In this document: one piece after another, positions 9,511 through 17,011 of the stretch
Numbering within the stretch: the stretch's first letter is position 1
Layout: each line of letters starts with the position of its first letter
Assembly (NCBI GenBank): GCA_039927815.1
Contig: JBDSUJ010000034.1
Coordinates: 1,170 to 65,169 of the forward strand
Reading direction: 5' to 3'
Source of the DNA: Croceibacterium sp.
GTDB taxonomy: Bacteria > Pseudomonadota > Alphaproteobacteria > Sphingomonadales > Sphingomonadaceae
DNA: 64,000 bases
Program-made: the position numbers and the translations under genes
Notes under the pieces: generated by a model
The model's input: only the letters and a program-made list of their open reading frames with translations
Told to the model about the DNA's origin: nothing
The model's database searches: none

Positions 9511-10296
9511 ATGACACCACCCGACACGCTGCTATTTGGACTTCCGCTCGCGTATTCGATGACATTAGGGATTGTCATCGGCCTCGTCATCGGCAGTTAC
9601 TTAGCGACAACTTATGCAAGATGGCCCCGCAGCCAACGCACCAGCGGCGCGACGCGGTCGGCATGCGACACCTGCCATCGAAAACTTCGCTGGTACGAAT
9701 TGGTTCCGGTGATTTCGTGGCTGACGTTGCGCGGGCGCTGCCTGCGGTGTCACGCACCCATTCCCGGGGTTTATTCGGCGATTGAGGCGCTGTGCGCAAT
9801 TCTTGGAGCGGCGACGTTCGCCATGGGACAGCCTACGCTGGCGCCGTTCGTGTGGATGCTGGTTGCCCTGGCTTTTTTCGACGCGCGGCTGTTGTGGTTG
9901 CCTAATCGGCTGGTGGCAGCGTTGGCGTTGGCGGCTTTGCTGGCGCCTATGCCCGAGCCCAGCGTAAGCCTCACTTGGCGCCTGGCGGCCGGCGTGGGCG
10001 CTGCTGCGGGTCTGTGGCTGATCGCGGCCTCCTATCGGCGATGGCGCGGACGCAACGGGCTGGGCGGCGGAGACATCAAGCTGCTCGGCGCGATTGGTCT
10101 GTGGTGTGGGCCGATGCACTTACCAGCCATCGTGCTGCTGGCGTGCGGCACGGGCCTTGCCGATGCCGCTGGGCGGGTGGCTCGCGGCGCCGATGCGAGG
10201 ACACTGCGCCTCCCCTTGGGGACCTATCTCGCCGGTGCGACGATTTTGTTGGCCGTTGTGAAACCGATCGGGGTTCGAGTCATTGAATGGGCTTGA
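9511..10296 (+). CDS. gspO: Prepilin peptidase (A24 family, PilD/GspO type)
   Basis: N-terminal Cys pairs CDTCHRKL...RGRCLRCHAPI and the catalytic-region motif GGGDIKLLGAIGLW. Start at ATG 9511, or alternatively 9559. Confidence 0.85.
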   Translation: MTPPDTLLFGLPLAYSMTLGIVIGLVIGSYLATTYARWPRSQRTSGATRSACDTCHRKLRWYELVPVISWLTLRGRCLRCHAPIPGVYSAIEALCAILGAATFAMGQPTLAPFVWMLVALAFFDARLLWLPNRLVAALALAALLAPMPEPSVSLTWRLAAGVGAAAGLWLIAASYRRWRGRNGLGGGDIKLLGAIGLWCGPMHLPAIVLLACGTGLADAAGRVARGADARTLRLPLGTYLAGATILLAVVKPIGVRVIEWA

Positions 10297-10443
10297 TACA
10301 AAATATTACCAGCAGGGGGCAGGATGGTTCGGCATTACAGAAATCAATTCCGCGCGCCCGGTGTCTCGGGTTTCGCCTGGCGTCTTGGCGCCTGGCCGCA
10401 ATTTCGGTGACTCTGTCCTCAAATCACGGGCGCGACAGCGGCG

Positions 10444-11019
10444 GTGGGTGATAATCAAGCCTTGTCCCACCGATCGGACCACGAGAGGCTTGCAGAAGAC
10501 CTCCAGCAGGTCGGGGACCGTGAATTGCACGCGCTTCATCGCGTCTATAAGGCGACCTCACGGAACCTGTTTGCGATTTGCATGCGGGTAACGCGAAACC
10601 GTGAGACCGCCGAAGACGTATTGCAGGAAGTGTACATCAAAATCTGGAACCGAGCTGCCGGCTATGATCGCGCGCGGGCTCACCCGCTGGTCTGGCTGTC
10701 GGCGATCGCTCGCAATAGCGCGATCGACGCGGTTCGCGCCCAAGGTCGGCACCAATCGCAGGACCTCTCAAGCGTACCGGAACTGGTGGACGACTCTGCC
10801 CCCGTGGATGAAGACATGGTGGCCCGCGAGCAAGAGCAGCGGGCGCTATCGATGCTGGACGAGCTTGCTCCCGATCAACAGGAACATATCAAGGCTCTCT
10901 ACTTTCACGGTATGACCTACGGGGAATTGGCTAACCAGGAAGGTGTTCCTCTCGGCACTATCAAGAGCCGCGTGCGCCGCGGCCTGATCCTGTTGAACGA
11001 ACGGTGGGCCAATGACTGA
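10444..11019 (+). CDS. ECF-type RNA polymerase sigma-70 family factor
   Basis: Region 2 (AEDVLQEVYIKIWNRAAGYD...HPLVWLSAIARNSAIDAVR) and region 4 (ALYFHGMTYGELANQEGVPLGTIKSRVRRGL) are clearly present. GTG start. Confidence 0.9.
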   Translation: MGDNQALSHRSDHERLAEDLQQVGDRELHALHRVYKATSRNLFAICMRVTRNRETAEDVLQEVYIKIWNRAAGYDRARAHPLVWLSAIARNSAIDAVRAQGRHQSQDLSSVPELVDDSAPVDEDMVAREQEQRALSMLDELAPDQQEHIKALYFHGMTYGELANQEGVPLGTIKSRVRRGLILLNERWAND

Positions 11020-11797
11020 CGAGTCTTTGCCCCCCGAAGAGCAGGAAGCCCTGGCAGCAGAGTTGGCACTGGGATTGCTCGAAGGTGAGGAGCGCGCGGG
11101 CGCCCTACGGCGGCAAATGGCTGATACGACGTTCGCGGCCGATGTGGCGCGTTGGGAGCAGGAGATCGCGCGCTGGATCGAAGAGCTTCCGGCCGAACAG
11201 CCGAGCGACGATCACTGGCGGCGGATTGAACGGGCGCTCGTCACCGGAAATGACAACGATGCCGGGTCCGTCAGGGCCTCCTCTTCGGGCGCGGGATGGA
11301 AATGGGGCACGCTTGCCGCGTCGTTGGCCGCAGTCGTGTTTGCGACGCTGTGGGCCGTGCGCGAGCCGCTCGATGCACCGGCGCAGCACGGGCCGATCGT
11401 GGCATCGGCTGGAGGCGTGATCCTTGATCGGAGTGGGCCGCCACAGGTCACGCCGCTAGCGGTCGGCGACCTCCGTGTCGGGCGCGCCGACGTCAATCAG
11501 GACAAGCTGCTGATCCAGGCCGCCTACGACCGTCGCAACGGTGTGTTGCTGCTCCGCCTTGGCGACATTGGCGATTCGACCCGCGTGCCCGAACTGTGGC
11601 TGATTGCGGACTCGGTGCCACGCTCATTAGGGTTTTTCATGCCCGGGGCCGCAGTGAAGACCACGCTGGATGCGCGCGACCGGCGCGCGCTTGAAAACGG
11701 CGCGGTGATCGCGGTCACCTTGGAGGCGCCGAGCGACAAGCCGCATGACAAGCCAGCAGGCCCGGTGCTGGGCAAAGTGGAGCTGTCCGCAATCTGA
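11012..11797 (+). CDS. Anti-sigma factor, RskA-like (single-pass, periplasmic C-terminal domain)
   Basis: Overlaps the sigma gene stop by 8 nt. N-terminal LAAELALGLLEGEER...ARWE helix pattern, central TM (WGTLAASLAAVVFATLW), and C-terminal LWLI...P.SLG...G pattern of the anti-sigma-K family. Confidence 0.75.
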   Translation: MTDESLPPEEQEALAAELALGLLEGEERAGALRRQMADTTFAADVARWEQEIARWIEELPAEQPSDDHWRRIERALVTGNDNDAGSVRASSSGAGWKWGTLAASLAAVVFATLWAVREPLDAPAQHGPIVASAGGVILDRSGPPQVTPLAVGDLRVGRADVNQDKLLIQAAYDRRNGVLLLRLGDIGDSTRVPELWLIADSVPRSLGFFMPGAAVKTTLDARDRRALENGAVIAVTLEAPSDKPHDKPAGPVLGKVELSAI

Positions 11798-11838
11798 CGG
11801 CCTACAGCCGCGGTAAAGGCTCCGGGCGAGCCCTGGCT

Positions 11839-12204
11839 CTACTTGTTTTCGAGAGTGGTCTTGTCGGCCAGGACGACTCTCACCAGTGAACCGCCTAACT
11901 TTCCGTTTATCAGCGGATGATAAGTCACGGTGACTTGGTCGCCGGGCTTCAGCGACGAGCGGCGCCACCCGCCATGAACGAGGTTGTTGGGGCTGGTCAT
12001 CTCGATGGCGAAGTTGCGTTTGGTGCCGCGAGTGTCAGCGACATCAACATGCATCCATGAATGCGGGTTGGTCCACTTGAAGTCGGTCACTACGGCTGCC
12101 GTGGTGACATCCTTCTTCATGTCGAACATGGCGAAGCTATGGTGCGCCAACGCCGCGCTCGAGGAGGCGGCCAGGATCAGGGTCACGACTGTCTTGCTGT
12201 GCAT
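11839..12204 (-). CDS. Small secreted DUF6152-like protein (paralog A1)
   Basis: 121 aa. Signal peptide ends AALA, followed by HHSFAMFD. Conserved W.NPH, GWRRSSLKPGD. One of four paralogs in the window. Confidence 0.8.
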   Translation of the reverse strand: MHSKTVVTLILAASSSAALAHHSFAMFDMKKDVTTAAVVTDFKWTNPHSWMHVDVADTRGTKRNFAIEMTSPNNLVHGGWRRSSLKPGDQVTVTYHPLINGKLGGSLVRVVLADKTTLENK

Positions 12205-12216
12205 GGTCTGCGCTCC

Positions 12217-12633
12217 TCAGTTCGTGGTCGGGACGTTGATCGGGCCGGTGCCGGTACGGATGTCGCCCAGCACGCGGCCGTCCGCCATCGTCACGTTCTT
12301 AAATAAGCCGCCCTTCTTGCCGCTCCGCAGTGGATTGAGGACCAGCGTCACCTTGTCGCCGGCTTTCAGAGACGAGCGGCGCCACCCTTGCCGCGTGAGA
12401 TTGTTCGGGCTGTTCAGCTCGACGCTCCAGCGCACTGGGGGTCCGCTTGCACCGGCGACGTCGAGTTCGATGAAAGCGTGCGGGTTGGTCCACTGGAATT
12501 GAACAACCTGGCCTTTGAGGGTGACGGCTTTGGCCTGGTCGAACATGGCGAAGCTGTGGTGGGCGCTGGCCGGGGCGGCACTGGTCACCGCCACCAGGGC
12601 GGCTCCGGCGATAATGGGGTTCCAAAAGCTCAC
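12217..12633 (-). CDS. Small secreted DUF6152-like protein (paralog A2)
   Basis: 138 aa. Signal peptide ends PASA, followed by HHSFAMFD. Conserved WTNPH, GWRRSSLKAGD. 12 nt upstream of paralog A1. Confidence 0.8.
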   Translation of the reverse strand: MSFWNPIIAGAALVAVTSAAPASAHHSFAMFDQAKAVTLKGQVVQFQWTNPHAFIELDVAGASGPPVRWSVELNSPNNLTRQGWRRSSLKAGDKVTLVLNPLRSGKKGGLFKNVTMADGRVLGDIRTGTGPINVPTTN

Positions 12634-12648
12634 GTCAGGTCCTTTCGC

Positions 12649-13539
12649 TCATTTCGTCTTTGCGCGCTCGTCCAGCGTCTGCTGACCGCGGTCGGTGCCG
12701 GGCAGGTTGGCATTGCGTGCCTCGGTACATTCGACCTCGCCAATGTCCGCTTCTGGCACTCGGTCCCACCGCTTGGTGTTGTGCCACTCCCCTTTCCAAT
12801 TATCGGGGTCGGTCATGATATATTCGATTTCGAGGACCTGCCCCGCGTTGAGAAGCTTGATGCGCTCCACCATGTGAAACTTCTCGCCGACGGGCAGTCC
12901 CTGATCGATCCAGTGGTGATCGGTTTCAAAGCCCTGCGTGTCCACGATCAGCGTGTCGTCCTCCCAATGGCCGAGGGATTCGCCGTTGTACGTCGGAACA
13001 TAGATGTCGGGATCGGTATGCGCGCGGCCGTCGAGGTAGATGGTGCGGAAACTGTTGGTGAAGCCGGCGGTCATGTAGATGGCCGTCGGTACCTGGACGA
13101 ACATGATCGGCCACACGCGCGTCATGATCATCGGCATGCCGGCGGGATAGCATTGGCCGATGCTGTCGCGGTAATTGACGCCGCGCGCGCGAGACGCCGC
13201 ACCTTCGACGAGAGCTTTTTTTCCTGCGTCGTAAAACTCGGGATAAGGCGGCCCGAACATGAACTTGTTGAACCCGGCGCTCAGGTCGATGAACCAGGTT
13301 CCGGTCATGTCGAACGGCGGCTTGGGCCGCGGCTTGGCGAGGTTGGCCGGATCGAGTGCGCCCGCGAGGCCGGGATGGCGTTGCTGCATTACTTCGAGCT
13401 GTTCGGGCGGGATGGCGCGCGTTCTGTCTCGCTCCTGCGCGGCAACCGGCGCGACAGCCACCACGACCGCCGTCAGCGCCAGCCCGCAGTGGCGGGCACA
13501 CCTCGTCAAATCGATGGCACCAATGGTCCTTTTTGTCAT
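12649..13539 (-). CDS. Periplasmic protein of unknown function (partner family, copy P-A)
   Basis: 296 aa. N-terminal signal/anchor GLALTAVVVAVAPVAAQE. Shares motifs C.P.GMP.IM, R.IY.DGR.H.D, GESLGHWEDDTLIVDT, HMVERIKL and ECTE with ORFs 61529-62278 and 62733-63521. Confidence 0.75.
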   Translation of the reverse strand: MTKRTIGAIDLTRCARHCGLALTAVVVAVAPVAAQERDRTRAIPPEQLEVMQQRHPGLAGALDPANLAKPRPKPPFDMTGTWFIDLSAGFNKFMFGPPYPEFYDAGKKALVEGAASRARGVNYRDSIGQCYPAGMPMIMTRVWPIMFVQVPTAIYMTAGFTNSFRTIYLDGRAHTDPDIYVPTYNGESLGHWEDDTLIVDTQGFETDHHWIDQGLPVGEKFHMVERIKLLNAGQVLEIEYIMTDPDNWKGEWHNTKRWDRVPEADIGEVECTEARNANLPGTDRGQQTLDERAKTK

Positions 13540-13581
13540 CCCCGTAGCACTCCCGCCACCCGCCGTCGAATTCGATTCGGC

Positions 13582-13618
13582 ATAGTTGACATTGCAATTA
13601 GAATAGTTGACCTGTCAA
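13582..13618. promoter_or_regulatory. Candidate operator/promoter elements in the divergent intergenic region of cluster A
   Basis: Direct repeat ATAGTTGAC at 13582-13590 and 13603-13611 (21-bp phasing). Palindrome TTGAC-CT-GTCAA at 13607-13618. On the minus strand, TTGACA (13618-13613), a 16-nt spacer and TGCAAT (13596-13591) form a plausible sigma-70 promoter for the 296-aa gene. Confidence 0.35.
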
Positions 13619-13722
13619 GAAAGTCAAGGCGAGTGAACGAACGCAAGTTCAGCCACATCGACCGATTGGGCGCTTCAATACACTGTTTAATAATAATAAA
13701 TAATCGTGCGAGGGGGGAAGTT

Positions 13723-16323
13723 ATGACGACACAGGGGGCGACGTCGGGATTTGGGCTGCAGGCGATTCGATCCACGGCGCTGATCGGTGCCGGCTGGCTC
13801 GCACTAGCGGCAAACGCCGCACACGGGCAGGCAGTCGCCCAACAGCCGCGGGCGACCGACGCCAACGCCGCCAAGGACGCCAACGGCACCAACGCCGAGA
13901 GCGATGACGGCACGCGGACCACGGACATCGTGGTGACCGCTGAACGCCGAGCGATGAACCTGCAGGATACGCCGCTCTCGATCCTGGCGGTGACGCAGGA
14001 GACGGTCGAGGCAAAGGGTATCCAGGATCTTCAGGACCTGTCGCACTTCACGCCGAACCTCAACATCACGCCGACGCGCGGCAACGGCACGGGTGCGGTC
14101 AACTTTACCATCCGAGGCATTTCAGGCGGCGGCGGCGCGGCAGGCGAGCGCGGCGTCGGCCTTTATGTCGACGGCATTTTCATGCCCCGCACCAGCGGCT
14201 CCGTGCTGCGCGTGCTCGATATCGACCGGATCGAAGTGCTGCGGGGGCCGCAGGGCACCCTGTTCGGACGCAATTCGACCGGCGGCGCGATCCGAATCTT
14301 CAGCAAGCAACCGACCGATGTTCTCGAAGGCTCGCTGGAAGTCACCGGCGGAAATTTCGATCGTCGTGATGTTGTCGGCATGATCAACGTGCCGCTCGGC
14401 AATGGCTTCGCGGTGCGGGCGCAGGGCGCATACCTCAACAAGGGCGGCTTTGTCCGACGTGGTACCGAGATGCTCGGCGCCGAAAGGGATTATGTTGGCC
14501 GCATTCAGGTGGCGGGTGAGTTAACTCCTGACCTAAAAATCACCGCAGGCTTTCTCTACAACAAGTCGGAAGCCAACGGTTCGCCGTTCGTGGTCCAGGA
14601 ATTCGACTTGCGGCCTGGCATCGACGGGATCATCCAGGGCAATTACGGCGGCTGGCTAAACGATGCCTTCAAGGCTGCGGGCCAAGCACCAATCGCGCCT
14701 TATAACGACCCCCGCTTTGTCAAGGGCCCGTACGCGGCGTCGGACGTGTGCTTCCTCGATGATTTCGACCCCGATTACGACCCCGCCTGCAACCAGATCA
14801 ACAATGATGACTACTGGCAGGCAGATTTGCGGATCGACTGGAAGCCGACCGACGATTTGAGTGTGCACTCGATCTCCGGTTACTCGAAGCTCAAGCATCG
14901 GGCGCAGAACGATCTGGAAATGATCGGCTTCGAACGACGCTATGACGACATCGATTCAAAGGTATTCTATCAGGAACTGCAGCTCAACGCGGCGCTGCTT
15001 AACAACGCGATCGATCTGGTTACCGGTGTGACGTACTTCCACGAAGACAGCGCGGCGCCGAACAATTACGTTCTCAACCGGCGCGGCACCGCCACGTATC
15101 CGAGTAACAAGGGCAATCCGCCCAATTCAGACGGCGGCCTGTACACGCGCACTATCAGCGACGTGTTCCAGACCTCGGATTCGTTCGGGCTATTCGGCAG
15201 CGCCACCTGGCACATCATCGACGGCCTCAACCTGACGGGCGGCTTGCGTCAGGCGTGGGACCACAAGGACTATCGCCAGAACCGCTACCAACCGCCGACG
15301 ACGCAGTTCCAGGGCCCCGACTTTGTCTTTCGGCCAGGAGTGACTTCGTCATCCGCATCGAAGAGTCAGTCGTTCCAGGCGCTCGATTATCGTGCGACGC
15401 TCGATTATCACTTCACGCCCGATATCATGGCCTATGCCACGGTATCCAAGGCGTACAAAGCAGGCTCCTTCAGCGCGACGCTACAGGGCTACACCCCACC
15501 CCCGGCCACGGCACCGCCAGGCACCTTGGGCATCGGCGGCGACGCGAACCAGGACAGTATCGTCGCGACGCTGCCGAATGAAAAGGTCATCAATTACGAG
15601 GCGGGCGTACGCGCCACGCTGTTTGATCGCCGCCTGCGGATTAACCCGACCATCTTCAAGATGGAATGGAGCAACCGTCAGGCGGCCGTGCGCGTCAATT
15701 GCGGGACCGCGGGGACGGCGCTTGCTAACCTGGTCGCCGGCAGCGCCGCGTGCCCGGTCGGCTTCTTGCCACTTGTGCAGGACCAAGGCACCGCTAAGAT
15801 CAAGGGCCTCGAGGTTGATGCGCAGCTCGTGCTGATCCCTGGGCTGACGCTGGACGGCAACCTGGGACTGACCGATTACAAGCTGACCAATGTTCCGGTC
15901 GTTGCGGCGGGCGCGTTCCCGATCGCTCACTTGTTCCCCGACATTCCTAAAATCAGCTACAGCCTGGGCTTCTCTTACGGCATCCATGAAGCCTTCGGGC
16001 GGGCAACGATGAGCGTGAACTACGCGTTCGTCGGCAAGCAATGGGTCTACCCCGACGACAATCCCGATTCGACCTACCGGCTCCCGTCCTATGGCCTGGT
16101 GAATGCGCGGTTCCAGATCGAACCGGCCAACTTGCCGATCACTTTGACGATCGCAGCGAACAACCTGCTTGGCGAAGTTTACGCGACTTACGCCCAGCGG
16201 TTCGGCGGCGGGTTCTGGGATTCGGGCGCAGGTACGGGCATTGCAGCTCCGCCGCGCAATATGCTGAGCGTGGTTCGTGGCCGCCCGCGCGACCTGAGCC
16301 TGTCGCTGAAGTACAGCTTCTGA
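13723..16323 (+). CDS. TonB-dependent receptor (cluster A)
   Basis: Real start is ATG 13723, preceded by GAGGGGGGAAG. Signal peptide ends ANAAHG. Plug-domain motifs DIVVTAERR...LQDTP.SI and IEVLRGPQGTLFGRNSTGGAIRI. C-terminal barrel ends SLKYSF. No N-terminal signalling (STN) extension. Confidence 0.9.
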   Translation: MTTQGATSGFGLQAIRSTALIGAGWLALAANAAHGQAVAQQPRATDANAAKDANGTNAESDDGTRTTDIVVTAERRAMNLQDTPLSILAVTQETVEAKGIQDLQDLSHFTPNLNITPTRGNGTGAVNFTIRGISGGGGAAGERGVGLYVDGIFMPRTSGSVLRVLDIDRIEVLRGPQGTLFGRNSTGGAIRIFSKQPTDVLEGSLEVTGGNFDRRDVVGMINVPLGNGFAVRAQGAYLNKGGFVRRGTEMLGAERDYVGRIQVAGELTPDLKITAGFLYNKSEANGSPFVVQEFDLRPGIDGIIQGNYGGWLNDAFKAAGQAPIAPYNDPRFVKGPYAASDVCFLDDFDPDYDPACNQINNDDYWQADLRIDWKPTDDLSVHSISGYSKLKHRAQNDLEMIGFERRYDDIDSKVFYQELQLNAALLNNAIDLVTGVTYFHEDSAAPNNYVLNRRGTATYPSNKGNPPNSDGGLYTRTISDVFQTSDSFGLFGSATWHIIDGLNLTGGLRQAWDHKDYRQNRYQPPTTQFQGPDFVFRPGVTSSSASKSQSFQALDYRATLDYHFTPDIMAYATVSKAYKAGSFSATLQGYTPPPATAPPGTLGIGGDANQDSIVATLPNEKVINYEAGVRATLFDRRLRINPTIFKMEWSNRQAAVRVNCGTAGTALANLVAGSAACPVGFLPLVQDQGTAKIKGLEVDAQLVLIPGLTLDGNLGLTDYKLTNVPVVAAGAFPIAHLFPDIPKISYSLGFSYGIHEAFGRATMSVNYAFVGKQWVYPDDNPDSTYRLPSYGLVNARFQIEPANLPITLTIAANNLLGEVYATYAQRFGGGFWDSGAGTGIAAPPRNMLSVVRGRPRDLSLSLKYSF

Positions 16324-16385
16324 TCGATACGGAGGGTGATCTGCACGGTCCACCCCCCGGCGAAAGCATGGCAGAGTGCGACGAG

Positions 16386-16880
16386 CTACGACAGCCCGCT
16401 CGCAGGCTCATCATCGACAGGCGGCGAGCGTTGGGCATCAACGCGCGTGGCGATGGTGGTGAGGGTCGTATCAAAGACCAGCTTCTGCTTCGGGGTCAGG
16501 TCCTGCAGGATCGCTTCGAAATAGCGGGTCCTCATCGCGGTGATCTTTTCGAAAACCTCGCGCCCGGCCGGGGTTTCCGTGATAATCTTGAATTTGCGGT
16601 TCCTGGAGCTTGATTCCCGCACCACCAGGCCATTGCGGATCAAAGAAGCAACCGCGCGGCTGACCAGGCCCGGGTCGATCTCGAATGACGACGATACGTC
16701 GACGGCAGTCGCGGGCCCAAACGAACAAGTCACCGCGATCACGCGCCATTCTGACACCGACACGTTGAACCGGGCTTGCATTTCGCGGGCCAGTTCGCGC
16801 TCCACCATGCGGGTCAACAGGTGCATCCGCAAAGGGATGAAATACTCGCCAGTCTGGCTCCAGGTGCGAGGCAAGGACAT
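16386..16880 (-). CDS. MarR family transcriptional regulator
   Basis: 164 aa. Winged-helix core VSVSEWRVIAVTCSFGPATAVDVSSSFEIDPGLVSRAVASLIRNGLVVRESSSRNRKFKIITETPAGRE. Confidence 0.85.
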   Translation of the reverse strand: MSLPRTWSQTGEYFIPLRMHLLTRMVERELAREMQARFNVSVSEWRVIAVTCSFGPATAVDVSSSFEIDPGLVSRAVASLIRNGLVVRESSSRNRKFKIITETPAGREVFEKITAMRTRYFEAILQDLTPKQKLVFDTTLTTIATRVDAQRSPPVDDEPASGLS

Positions 16881-17011
16881 CGGACAACGAGTTGCCTTGG
16901 CGGAGTGGAAATAGCAATTGGCAAACCGGACCAGCTCGCAACTACCGACGACGCGGCGCTTTCCGCCAGTGTGCTGCGCTGTAGGCGCGAGCTTATGGAC
17001 TTAGCTTCGCC

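Noticed and set aside
10374-10396. Direct repeat CGCCTGGC-N7-CGCCTGGC upstream of the ECF sigma gene as an autoregulatory promoter element
   Set aside because: It is only 8 nt long and GC-rich in a GC-rich genome, with no flanking -35 (GAAC-type) / -10 pair that I could align. Too weak to call.
12388-13722. N-terminal 445 codons of the 1311-aa ORF 12388-16323
   Set aside because: This part runs antisense to three well-supported minus-strand genes and through the intergenic region, and it has no protein-like features. The receptor signal peptide and RBS begin at 13723. The open frame is a high-GC artefact.
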